Of a DNA stretch of 64,000 nucleotides, positions 11,274-20,237 are shown piece by piece. The stretch covers positions 1,664,001 to 1,728,000 of the forward strand of contig OZ243913.1 in the NCBI GenBank assembly GCA_965213705.1. Reading direction: 5' to 3'. Each line of letters opens with the position of its first letter. Positions within the stretch are counted from its first letter, which is position 1. The notes under the pieces are model-generated. The model had not been told where the DNA came from, did no database searches, and was given only the letters and a program-made list of their open reading frames with translations. Origin of the DNA: Trueperaceae bacterium. GTDB taxonomy: Bacteria; Deinococcota; Deinococci; Deinococcales; Trueperaceae. Made by a program: the position numbers and the translations under genes.

Positions 11274-13493
11274 ATGACGAGCGACTTGAGCTTGCGCGCG
11301 CAGGCCACTACTTTCGGCCTGAGCCCGGACGAGTTCGACCTCGTCGTTACGGCCTTGGGCCGTGAGCCGAACGCGCTCGAGGCGGGGGTCTTCGGGGCGC
11401 TCTGGAGCGAGCACTGCGGCTATAAAAACTCTCGCCCGCTGCTGAAACGCTTGCCCACGCAAGGCCCGCAAGTTTTGCAAGGCCCCGGCGAAAACGCGGG
11501 CGTGGTGGACATCGGCGAGGGTTATGCGGTTGCCTTTAAGATGGAGAGCCACAACCACCCCTCGGCGGTCGAGCCCGTGCAGGGCGCGGCGACGGGCGTG
11601 GGCGGCATTCTGCGCGATATTTTCGCGATGGGCGCGCGGCCGGTGGCGGTGCTCGACAGCTTGCGCTTCGGACCCGTCGACAACCCGCGCACGCGCTATC
11701 TACTGGGCGGCGTCGTCCACGGCATTTCGCTCTACGGCAACGCCGTCGGCGTGCCGACGGTCGGCGGCGACATCTTTTTTCACGCGTGTTACCAGGAAAA
11801 CCCGCTCGTCAACGTGATGGCGCTCGGGCTTTTGCGGCACGAGGACTTGCAGAGCGGCACAGTCGGGGAGGTTGGCAACAAGCTCGTTTACGTGGGTTCC
11901 AAGACGGGCCGCGACGGTTTGGGTGGGGCGGTGTTCGCCTCGGCGGACTTGTCTAGTGCGAGCGCGGCCGACCGGCCCGCGGTGCAGGTCGGCGACCCGT
12001 TTATGGAAAAACTGTTGCTCGAGGCCTGCCTCGAGGCCATTCAGCAAGACCTCGTCGTCGGCGTGCAGGACATGGGCGCGGCCGGACTCAGCAGCAGCGT
12101 CGGCGAGATGGCTTACCGGGCGGGAAAAGGCGTCGACCTGTTCATTGACCGCGTGCCGCGCCGCGAAGCGGGGATGACGCCGCTGGAAGTTCTCCTCTCC
12201 GAATCGCAAGAGCGCATGGTGCTCACGGCCAAACCGGGCCGCGAAAACGAGCTTTTGGCGCTCCTCGAGCACTGGGAACTCGACGCGGTCGTCGTGGGCG
12301 AGGTGGCCGAGCACGGCATGTTTCGGGTGCTCGAGCACGGCCGGACGGTCGGTGACATGCCGGTCGCCGCCCTCAACGAAGCGCCAAGCTACACGCGGCG
12401 AGGTATGGAAAATCCGGACATCAAAGCAAAAAGAGAGAAGCCTTTCGATGTACCCGTGCCGCAAGACTTGGGCGCGGTGCTCCTCAAACTCTTATCAAGC
12501 CCCACCATTGCCAGCAAACGCCCGGTCTTCGTCCAGTACGACCAGCAGGTGATGACCAACACCGTCGTGCTGCCGGGCGCGGGCGACGCGGCGGTGCTGC
12601 GGGTGAAAGGCACGTCCAAGGGTATCGCCGCGAGTACCGACTGCAACCCGCGCTACTGCTACCTGGACCCGAAACAAGGCGCGATGTTGGCCGTCGCCGA
12701 GGCGGCGCGCAACGTCGCTTGCGTCGGCGCGACGCCGCTGGCGATAACGAACAACCTCAACTTCGGCAACCCGACGCGGGCGGACGTGTATTACCAGCTC
12801 GAGCAAGCCGTCGCAGGTCTTGCCGAGGCTTGTCTGGCGCTGAACACGCCCGTCACGGGCGGCAACGTCAGCTTATACAACCAGTACAGCGCGGCGGGCG
12901 AAACCGTCGCCATCTACCCGACGCCGACCGTGGGCATGGTCGGGGTGCTGGGGGATGTCACGAAGCGGGCGACGGTGGCGTTCAAGCGAGAAGGGGATGT
13001 GGTTATCCTTGTCGGCGACCCCACCGACGAACTCGGTGCGTCGGAGTATCTGTTTGTGGAACACGGCCTCGAGCTGGGGAGGCCGCCGCGGCTCGACCTG
13101 GCGCGCGAACGAGCCGTCCAAACGGCGGTCGTCGCCCTCGTCCAAAAGGGACTGTGTGACACGGCGCACGACCTCTCGGAGGGTGGGCTCGCTGTCGCCT
13201 TGGCGGAGATGGCGATGACTGGGGGAAGGGGTGCGAGTTTGGAGGTCTCGAGCCCAATTCGTACCGACGCGCTACTCTTCGGCGAGGCGAGTTCGCGTAT
13301 CCTGGTGGCGGTGCGCCCGGAAGGTTTAGCCGAGGTCGAAGCCGCGTTGGAGGCGCACGGTGTACCCCATATGAACTTGGGTTACGTCGGTGGCGACAAC
13401 CTCAAGCTAAGTTACGAGTCCGGCGTGCTCGAGTTCCCCGTGCAGCAGCTACAAGAGGTTTACGAAGCACCCTTGAAAGAGGCTCTGGCTTGA
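11274..13493 (+). CDS. purL: Phosphoribosylformylglycinamidine synthase subunit PurL
   Basis: [29 protein letters not shown] and GGNVSLYN motifs. Confidence 0.97.
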   Translation: MTSDLSLRAQATTFGLSPDEFDLVVTALGREPNALEAGVFGALWSEHCGYKNSRPLLKRLPTQGPQVLQGPGENAGVVDIGEGYAVAFKMESHNHPSAVEPVQGAATGVGGILRDIFAMGARPVAVLDSLRFGPVDNPRTRYLLGGVVHGISLYGNAVGVPTVGGDIFFHACYQENPLVNVMALGLLRHEDLQSGTVGEVGNKLVYVGSKTGRDGLGGAVFASADLSSASAADRPAVQVGDPFMEKLLLEACLEAIQQDLVVGVQDMGAAGLSSSVGEMAYRAGKGVDLFIDRVPRREAGMTPLEVLLSESQERMVLTAKPGRENELLALLEHWELDAVVVGEVAEHGMFRVLEHGRTVGDMPVAALNEAPSYTRRGMENPDIKAKREKPFDVPVPQDLGAVLLKLLSSPTIASKRPVFVQYDQQVMTNTVVLPGAGDAAVLRVKGTSKGIAASTDCNPRYCYLDPKQGAMLAVAEAARNVACVGATPLAITNNLNFGNPTRADVYYQLEQAVAGLAEACLALNTPVTGGNVSLYNQYSAAGETVAIYPTPTVGMVGVLGDVTKRATVAFKREGDVVILVGDPTDELGASEYLFVEHGLELGRPPRLDLARERAVQTAVVALVQKGLCDTAHDLSEGGLAVALAEMAMTGGRGASLEVSSPIRTDALLFGEASSRILVAVRPEGLAEVEAALEAHGVPHMNLGYVGGDNLKLSYESGVLEFPVQQLQEVYEAPLKEALA

Positions 13494-13506
13494 AAGAGGT
13501 ACTGGC

Positions 13507-14949
13507 ATGACGAACCCCCTCGAGTTCGACAAACCTCGCGAAGAGTGCGGCGTGTTCGCCGTGCATCTACCCGAGCCCGCCGACGTGGCTGCACTCTGTC
13601 ACCTGGGCCTGTTTGCGCTGCAACACCGCGGTCAGGAGTCCTGCGGCATTTGCATTTCGAACGGCGAGGAAATCCGCATTGAGAAAGACATGGGCTTGGT
13701 GAGCGAGGTCTTTACCGAGGCGCGGCTCGAGACGCTGCGGTTTGAGGGCACGCACACTGGCATCGGCCACACGCGCTACTCGACGACGGGCTCGTCGCTG
13801 CGCTTCAACGCGCAGCCGCTCACGGTGCGCTCGAACAAGGGGCTGCTGGCGATGGCCCACAACGGCAACTTTACGAACGCTCGAGCCCTCCGCCACCAAA
13901 TGCTCGACGAGGGCGCGGTGTTCCAAACCACCAACGATTCAGAAGTGATGATTAACCTCATCGCGCGCTACAGCCACTTGTCGCTTGAAGACGCGACCGC
14001 GCGAACGATGGGGGAGTTGGAGGGCGGCTTCAGCGTGGTCATCATGGACAAAAACAAAATCATCGGCCTGCGCGACCGGAACGGCGTGCGGCCTCTGGTG
14101 ATTGGTGAACTTGACGGCGGTCACGTCTTCGCCTCCGAACCCTCCGCGCTGCACGTCATCGGCGCGACTTTTTTGCGCGACGTGCGGCCGGGCGAACTCG
14201 TGGTGGCGGACGACGCGGGGTTGCACTCGACCCAAGTCCTGCCGCCTGCACCGACGCCCTGTGCGTTCGAGTGGATTTACTTCGCCCGCGGCGACGGCGC
14301 GCTCGACGGGGCCGACGTTCATGCGGCGCGCGTCCGCATGGGCGAGGTCTTGGCGCAGGAGGCTCCGGCCGCAGCTGACCTCGTCGTCGGCGTGCCCGAG
14401 TCCGGTTTGGCGGCGGCCATCGGCTACGCGCGGGCTTCCGGCATTCCCTACGACTTGGGGCTGTACAAGTCGCCCTACGCGGGGCGCACCTTCATCAATC
14501 CGACGCAGCGTCTGCGCGACCTCAAAGTCAAGCTCAAACTCGCGCCGACCACCGCGGTGCGGGGTAAGCGCGTCGTGCTGGTCGACGATTCCATCGTGCG
14601 CGGCACGACCTCGGGGCGGATTGTCCAACTCTTGCGCGAAGCCGGGGCACTCGAGGTGCATTTCCGGGTCTCGAGCCCGCCAATTCGCTACCCCTGTTAC
14701 TACGGCATCGACACCGCCGCCCGCAAGGAACTCGCGGCGGCAAGCTTGAGCGTCGAGGAGATTCGCGAGAAAATCGGGGCCGATTCGCTCCACTACATTT
14801 CCGAAGCCGGTCTGTCGAGAGCCGTCGGAATAGCCAAAACGTGTCTGGCCTGCTTCAGCGGCGAGTACCCGGCGGGTCAGCCGGACGAGGAAGCGCATAA
14901 AGGAGAGTTGGACCGGGAAGAGGCGGAACGAGTAGCCGTACCTGCTTAG
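13507..14949 (+). CDS. purF: Amidophosphoribosyltransferase
   Basis: Propeptide then ECGVF, LQHRGQE, GHTRYSTTG and VDDSIVRGTT. Confidence 0.97.
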   Translation: MTNPLEFDKPREECGVFAVHLPEPADVAALCHLGLFALQHRGQESCGICISNGEEIRIEKDMGLVSEVFTEARLETLRFEGTHTGIGHTRYSTTGSSLRFNAQPLTVRSNKGLLAMAHNGNFTNARALRHQMLDEGAVFQTTNDSEVMINLIARYSHLSLEDATARTMGELEGGFSVVIMDKNKIIGLRDRNGVRPLVIGELDGGHVFASEPSALHVIGATFLRDVRPGELVVADDAGLHSTQVLPPAPTPCAFEWIYFARGDGALDGADVHAARVRMGEVLAQEAPAAADLVVGVPESGLAAAIGYARASGIPYDLGLYKSPYAGRTFINPTQRLRDLKVKLKLAPTTAVRGKRVVLVDDSIVRGTTSGRIVQLLREAGALEVHFRVSSPPIRYPCYYGIDTAARKELAAASLSVEEIREKIGADSLHYISEAGLSRAVGIAKTCLACFSGEYPAGQPDEEAHKGELDREEAERVAVPA

Positions 14950-15078
14950 AGCAGTGCGAGAGGTAGTCAAATGTTTCCGTAAGTAGCGTGATTTTGTCCT
15001 CATACGCGGTGTCAAGCTGTGCTAAACTATCCTAACTACCTAAGTTTTTAAGGTAAATTATTTATGATGGGAGCTTAA

Positions 15079-15603
15079 ATGATGGAACGTCCATATCCAG
15101 TTGCGTCAATAGCAAACGCTCTACTTGAACTTGCTTGGCAGGATAATGGTCATGTTTCTCCCATGAAGCTTCAAAAGCTGGTCTATTTGGCACATGGTTT
15201 GAACCTTGCTCTGTATGGAAGGCGTTTAATTGATTCGACCATTCAAGCTTGGAAGTATGGCCCTGTTATTCCACCCTTGTACTATGAGTTGAGGCACTAT
15301 GGGGCGTCTGACATAAATGTACCCATCACGCTACGCAGTTCAGATATGTTCCTAGACGAAGGTACAATAGAGTCACCGCGCCCACTAGACGAAAGAACAC
15401 GCGCCCTCTTGAACCAAGTTTGGAAAGCGTATGGTAATAAGAGTGCTGTGAGTCTCTCCAGCCTCACTCACGACAAAGATTTGCCAGAGGGTGAGCCTTG
15501 GTATAAAACATGGCACGATAGAAATGGAAAAACTATCTGGGGAAAAGAAATATCGGATGACGATATTGAGAAGAGCTTTAAGAAGCTTTTGGTGACCAGC
15601 TAA
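15079..15603 (+). CDS. Panacea domain (DUF4065/SocA-like) antitoxin
   Basis: IAN, SPMKLQKLVY, AWKYGPV and LTH...PW signature; AT-rich relative to flanks. Confidence 0.88.
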   Translation: MMERPYPVASIANALLELAWQDNGHVSPMKLQKLVYLAHGLNLALYGRRLIDSTIQAWKYGPVIPPLYYELRHYGASDINVPITLRSSDMFLDEGTIESPRPLDERTRALLNQVWKAYGNKSAVSLSSLTHDKDLPEGEPWYKTWHDRNGKTIWGKEISDDDIEKSFKKLLVTS

Positions 15604-15606
15604 TAC

Positions 15607-16158
15607 ATGGCTGATGGGGATAATCCTGACGAAAGGCTCCTCTTTCGCCCTAGTCCGGTTCCTGGTGAGCGAGAATACGAAAAAGCACAGCAGGAGGCCA
15701 AGGAGCTGTATGGAGTGTCAGACCCCGAAGCGGTGAGCGAAGAAGAGCACTACAGAAGAAAGTTGTTTGTAGCAAAAAGTGAAGTCGCGGACATGATTCC
15801 TCGACTTTTGCGTCAGTATGAAATAGATTTGAAACAAGAGGAAACCGAGCGTAAAAGGTATTCGGCAAGGGTTTACAGACTTGTCCTATGGTGGCTTGGA
15901 ATTATTCTGGCGCTCATCGTGCTTTCAAATGCCAGTTTTCATCAGAGCTTCTTCACACCCAGATTTTCGCTCCACTTTTCCTTAAACGCAAGCATTATTA
16001 TTGCTCTCATTACAAGCGCTACCGCCGGTTTGATAGGTTTGCTGGCAACTATCATCAGCTACTTTTTTACAAAATCTCGTGAACAAATTTCTCTCTACGA
16101 TGGTTTATTCAAGGCGATGTTAAATGACGAAAGTGCTGAAGAGTCAAAAAATAAATGA
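15607..16158 (+). CDS. Hypothetical two-TM membrane protein, putative PanT toxin
   Basis: Starts 3 nt after the Panacea gene. Charged helical N-terminal half, then two hydrophobic segments (VLWWLGIILALIVL; IIIALITSATAGLIGLLATIISYFF). Same AT-rich composition. Confidence 0.7.
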   Translation: MADGDNPDERLLFRPSPVPGEREYEKAQQEAKELYGVSDPEAVSEEEHYRRKLFVAKSEVADMIPRLLRQYEIDLKQEETERKRYSARVYRLVLWWLGIILALIVLSNASFHQSFFTPRFSLHFSLNASIIIALITSATAGLIGLLATIISYFFTKSREQISLYDGLFKAMLNDESAEESKNK

Positions 16159-16190
16159 GGTAGAAACGCTAAAAGCACGAAAAACACTGA

Positions 16191-16931
16191 TTAAAGTGGC
16201 TTTTTGCCTTTGCGCTCAAACAGCGTCAGCGCCACCGGCCCGCGGTACTGCGCCCTCAACAGCCGAAAGCCCGCTTCTGCGGCTTGTTGCTCGAGCTTTT
16301 GAGAGTCTACAAACCTTATACCCGACGCCCTTATCAATCCTTGAGCCCCCTTGCCGAGCACGCTTTCGGCTTTGGTGAGGTACATCTGCCACATCTTCCC
16401 GCCGGGTTTGAGGACTCGAGCGAACTCGCTCAACGTTTGCGGCAAACCGGTGAACTCGTTGAGCGAGCCGCCGCAGACGAGCGCGTCGAAGACCGCGTCT
16501 CGGTAGGGGAGGGCGCGCACGTCGGCGAGAACGAGGACGGGACTCACTTCGTCGCGCTCGGCGTACTGCCGGGCTTTTTTGAGAAACGGCAAGCTGAAGT
16601 CGACGGCGTGAACCTTTAAAGCGGGTTCGTGTTTTAGCAGCGTCCGCGCGTACAGCCCGGCGGAGCAGGCGGCGTCCAACATCTTCTGGCCGGGTTGGGG
16701 ACGGAGAAGCTCGAGCAGCAGCGCCAGCTCCCGCTCGGTGTTGAAGGCCCCGCCGGTTAACAGTGAGATAGAACGTTTGCGCCACAGGGATTCGTAGACT
16801 GCAGCAGTCAGAGGTGAAAAGTTCGTCTTCTGGCCCAAAGGAACATTCGGACGTTTCTCCAGCGCCCGGTAAATCCCGTCGACAAGCGGCGGTTGCGGTG
16901 GTTTGAACACTTGCAAACTCACGTCAGGCAC
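16191..16931 (-). CDS. Class I SAM-dependent methyltransferase
   Basis: MLDAACSAG, AVDFS, ADVRALPYRDAVFD and RVLKPGG; start uncertain (GTG 16931 or 16922). Confidence 0.85.
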   Translation of the reverse strand: MPDVSLQVFKPPQPPLVDGIYRALEKRPNVPLGQKTNFSPLTAAVYESLWRKRSISLLTGGAFNTERELALLLELLRPQPGQKMLDAACSAGLYARTLLKHEPALKVHAVDFSLPFLKKARQYAERDEVSPVLVLADVRALPYRDAVFDALVCGGSLNEFTGLPQTLSEFARVLKPGGKMWQMYLTKAESVLGKGAQGLIRASGIRFVDSQKLEQQAAEAGFRLLRAQYRGPVALTLFERKGKKPL

Positions 16932-17014
16932 AGGAGAAAGTGCCGGGGACTGTCCCGAGTAAAGTGAGGATGACCAGACCGCGGGCCGTTGTCGACGACC
17001 TCGCCCGCACCCAC

Positions 17015-17614
17015 TTAACCCTCCAACCCGACTGCATACAGCGCGCCGTCCTGCACGCTCAGCGCGACCCGGGGGAGGGGCCGCACCGCCGGGCCGCTCA
17101 CCGCTGCGCCCGCGCGTTCGGGGTCGAAGACGCTGAAGTGGCAGGGGCAGGCCAGGGCGGGCGAGTCGGTGCGGTAGTTGAAGGCGACCGCGATGGCCTC
17201 TAAGTTGCGGTTGAGCGCCACGATGCAACCCTGGTGCGTGCAGACGCGGCTGAAGGCGGCGTAGTGCCGCCCCGCCACGCTCACGCCGCCCAAGATGGGT
17301 TCAGGCAGCCGCAACGCGACGGCGGGGACGCTCCCGAGGACGAACTCACGCTCGCTCCACACATCGGGGAACTCGCTCAGGTCGCCGACACGCTGGGCGG
17401 GCCGGGGCGCGAAGGTGGGGTTTTCAGCCGGACGGCCCTTGCTGAACTGAATCTTGTAGGCCTCGTAAGCCGCGAAACCTACACCGCCGACAACCGCCAG
17501 GACGGGCAAGCGCCACAGCCAGGTGACGATTCGGCGGCGACTTTCGTCGACGGTTTCACTTTGGTCCCGTTCACCTCGGTCCCGTTCATCCTGGTCTGGA
17601 GTCCGCCCGGCCAT
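17015..17614 (-). CDS. Rieske [2Fe-2S] protein with Tat-like anchor
   Basis: CTHQGC and CPCHFSVF ligand boxes, GPAVRPLP, and SRRRIV followed by a TM helix. Confidence 0.92.
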   Translation of the reverse strand: MAGRTPDQDERDRGERDQSETVDESRRRIVTWLWRLPVLAVVGGVGFAAYEAYKIQFSKGRPAENPTFAPRPAQRVGDLSEFPDVWSEREFVLGSVPAVALRLPEPILGGVSVAGRHYAAFSRVCTHQGCIVALNRNLEAIAVAFNYRTDSPALACPCHFSVFDPERAGAAVSGPAVRPLPRVALSVQDGALYAVGLEG

Positions 17615-17617
17615 CGC

Positions 17618-19225
17618 TCAGGGGTTTTCGGGCCGCTCGGCCTGTGTCTGGCCGGTAGAAACTGTGTTGACAACGTAGTCTGTTAAGACAGTAAGCTGTT
17701 CCTCGCTCAGCGCCGCGCCGAAGCCCGGCATCGAGCCGCGCCCGTACTGGATGACGCTGCGCACGTTTTCGGCGCGCGCGGCGTTGCGGTTGCCCGCCAG
17801 GGTCGGCCCCGTCCCGCCCTGCCCTTGCACGCCGTGGCAGCCCGCGCAGTTGGCGGTGTATAGGCCTTGAGCTGAAACTTGTTGAACTATGGACTCGCCC
17901 GCATCACCCATAGCAACCGCGCCGCCCGTCTCGCCAGCGTCTGTAACTCCGACACTTGTGACTCCGACACCTGTAGCGCCGCCCGCCTCGGCCAAACGCG
18001 CCCTAGCGTTTTCGATAAGGCTCGGCACGCGGCCCGCACTAGCCTCGCCCCCGACTGTCGCCACGTAAGTCTGCCAGGTGTCGATGGCGTCTTGAAACCT
18101 CTCTTGCGTGAAGTAAGCGTTGCCCAAAAACAGCAGGGTTGTGAGGTCGGTCGCGTCGACTTGTTCGGCCCGCTCGAGCAACTCCACCGCCTCGTCGGTG
18201 CGCCCGCTGAAAAAGAGCACCTGCCCGATGCGGCTCAGCGCAACCGCGCTGTGCGGGTCGAAGGTGCTCAGCACACGCACGTAAATGTCGGCGGCGCGCT
18301 CGCGCTCCTCTACGTTCCAGTAAGCGTCGGCGAGGGCGAGCAGGTTGGCTTCGGTGGGGTCGGCGGTGGCTCGGTCGAGCACCGGAGCGAGGGTTTGGAA
18401 GGTCTCGAGCCGCGCCTGCACCTCCGCGTCGCCCGCGCCGTCCGGCTGCGCCAAAAAGGCTTCCAACGCCGCGACCGCGTCTTTGGGCCGCGCCAGCGAA
18501 AAGTACAGCTCGCCCAAGGTGAACAGGGTGTCCAAGTCGCCTGGGTCGGCGGCCCTCGCCTCTTCCAGATAAGGCAGCGCCGCCGCGAGGTCGGTCTGCA
18601 GCTTCAAAAAACCCAAACGCCGGTAGGCCACGGCGGGTGCGGGCGTGATGGTTTGGGTGATTTGCAGGTAAGTCGCCTCGGCCGAGTCCGCCTCTTGCAG
18701 GCTCCAGTAGGCGTCGCCGAGGGCGAGGAGGTTGGTCTCGTTAGGGTCTTTGGCGGCGGCTTTTTGCAGGGCTTGCAACTGCTTCGCCGCCGCAACGTCG
18801 GTCGTGGTGACGGTGCCGTTCTCGCCCACGCGGGGCAGCACGAAACCGCTCATAATCACCGCCGTCACCACCACGCCGCCGAGGAGCGACAGCGCCGCGT
18901 AGGGGGCGCGGCGTGGGCGCGGGGCGGGTGTGGGCCGCGCGCGACCGGCCAGTTCGCCGCCACGCTCGTCGAGGGCGCGCAGCACCTTGGCGGCCTTGGC
19001 TTCGTAGCGGGCGCGTAAGGTCTCGCGGCGCGGCGCGGGCAGGTCCTCGCGCAGCTCGAGTTCCCGAATCGCCCGAAAGAGGGCGTCGCGTTCCTCTTCT
19101 AAGTCCAGCGTGACCGGGTCGCGCGGGTCGGGCAGCGGGTCGGCTTGACCCCGGAATAGCAGTGGAATCGCGACGTAGGCCAGGAGCAGCAGCGCCAGCA
19201 GGGTGATGACGATGAGGCTGAACAT
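17618..19225 (-). CDS. CcmI/CycH-like TPR protein fused to a class I c-type cytochrome
   Basis: N-terminal TM plus ERDALFRAIRELE (CcmI-like), TPR repeats, C-terminal CAGCH heme motif and distal MPGF; start ATG 19225. Confidence 0.8.
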   Translation of the reverse strand: MFSLIVITLLALLLLAYVAIPLLFRGQADPLPDPRDPVTLDLEEERDALFRAIRELELREDLPAPRRETLRARYEAKAAKVLRALDERGGELAGRARPTPAPRPRRAPYAALSLLGGVVVTAVIMSGFVLPRVGENGTVTTTDVAAAKQLQALQKAAAKDPNETNLLALGDAYWSLQEADSAEATYLQITQTITPAPAVAYRRLGFLKLQTDLAAALPYLEEARAADPGDLDTLFTLGELYFSLARPKDAVAALEAFLAQPDGAGDAEVQARLETFQTLAPVLDRATADPTEANLLALADAYWNVEERERAADIYVRVLSTFDPHSAVALSRIGQVLFFSGRTDEAVELLERAEQVDATDLTTLLFLGNAYFTQERFQDAIDTWQTYVATVGGEASAGRVPSLIENARARLAEAGGATGVGVTSVGVTDAGETGGAVAMGDAGESIVQQVSAQGLYTANCAGCHGVQGQGGTGPTLAGNRNAARAENVRSVIQYGRGSMPGFGAALSEEQLTVLTDYVVNTVSTGQTQAERPENP

Positions 19226-19701
19226 CAGCCGTTGCCGCCCGTACCACTCATCGCCTCGCGGACGCGCTGCCGGTCGGCCTCGTCCAGTTCGACGGGTTGG
19301 TGAGACTTGCGCGTCCAGCGTCTGAACAGCAGCGCGAGCGTCACCACCCCGAGCGCCCCGCCGACGATGGGCAACAGCCACACGACGAGGTGCAGCCCGC
19401 GTTTGGGCGGCTCGAGCAAAATCCAGTCGCCGTAGCGGGCTTGAAAGTAAGCGAGGATTTCAGCTTCGCGCTTGCCCTCGGAAAGCTGTTCCTGAATGAT
19501 GTTGCGCATCTGGATGGCGGCTTCCGAGGACGAGTCCCCGACCGACTCCGACGTGCAGACCGGACAGCGCAGTTGGCGGGCTATTTGAAAGGTTTGGGTC
19601 TCGAGTTGAACCTGCGCGGTTCCAAAACTCGTCAAGACACCGAAGACCAGTGCGCAGAAAATCGAGTAAGGAAGTTTGTGTTGAGTTATTCGTCGTGTCA
19701 T
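19225..19701 (-). CDS. ccmH: Cytochrome c biogenesis protein CcmH
   Basis: LRCPVC, RYGDWILLEPP and a TM helix; start ATG 19701. Confidence 0.92.
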   Translation of the reverse strand: MTRRITQHKLPYSIFCALVFGVLTSFGTAQVQLETQTFQIARQLRCPVCTSESVGDSSSEAAIQMRNIIQEQLSEGKREAEILAYFQARYGDWILLEPPKRGLHLVVWLLPIVGGALGVVTLALLFRRWTRKSHQPVELDEADRQRVREAMSGTGGNG

Positions 19702-20237
19702 TGCATTAAACCTTCGATTTGCGTGTCCAACAGCTCGGTCGTCAACTGTCCCGTGTACCTCAGGGCAAGCGTCCCGTCCGGGCGAACAAAAAAAGTTTCG
19801 GGTATGCCGAAGACGCCGTATTCGACGAACACCGCGCTGTCGTCGTCGAAGACGTTGGGAAAACTCAGGTCGAACTGGTTGATGAAGGCCCGACCGTTGT
19901 CCCGCGCGCCCCTGTCTTGGCTCTGTACACCGACGATGAGAACATCGTTTCCGTACTTGCGCCACGCAGTTTCTAAAACGGGCGCTTCGTCGCGGCAGGG
20001 CGCGCACCACGAGGCCCAAAAGTTCAGCACCAGCGGTTTGCCCTTGTAGTCAGCCAGGTCGAGCGTCGGGCCGTAGGTCGTTTGGTAGCGCTCGTACACC
20101 GGTAGGACAAACCCCGGCACCGGTTTGCCGACGAGGTTCGAAGCGATGTCCCGGTCGGGCGGCCCGCGGAGCAGCCCGAACAAAAACAAGGCTACGAGCC
20201 CGCCCACGACGGCGGTGACGGTGAGAAGACGCCTCAC
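19698..20237 (-). CDS. ccmG: Thiol:disulfide interchange protein CcmG/TlpA
   Basis: NFWASWCAPC and YGVFGIPETF; start GTG 20237 overlaps the ccmF stop. Confidence 0.88.
   Translation of the reverse strand: MRRLLTVTAVVGGLVALFLFGLLRGPPDRDIASNLVGKPVPGFVLPVYERYQTTYGPTLDLADYKGKPLVLNFWASWCAPCRDEAPVLETAWRKYGNDVLIVGVQSQDRGARDNGRAFINQFDLSFPNVFDDDSAVFVEYGVFGIPETFFVRPDGTLALRYTGQLTTELLDTQIEGLMQ

Noticed and set aside
14950..15078. tRNA or att site at the Panacea islet boundary
   Set aside because: No cloverleaf, no flanking direct repeats and no integrase seen.
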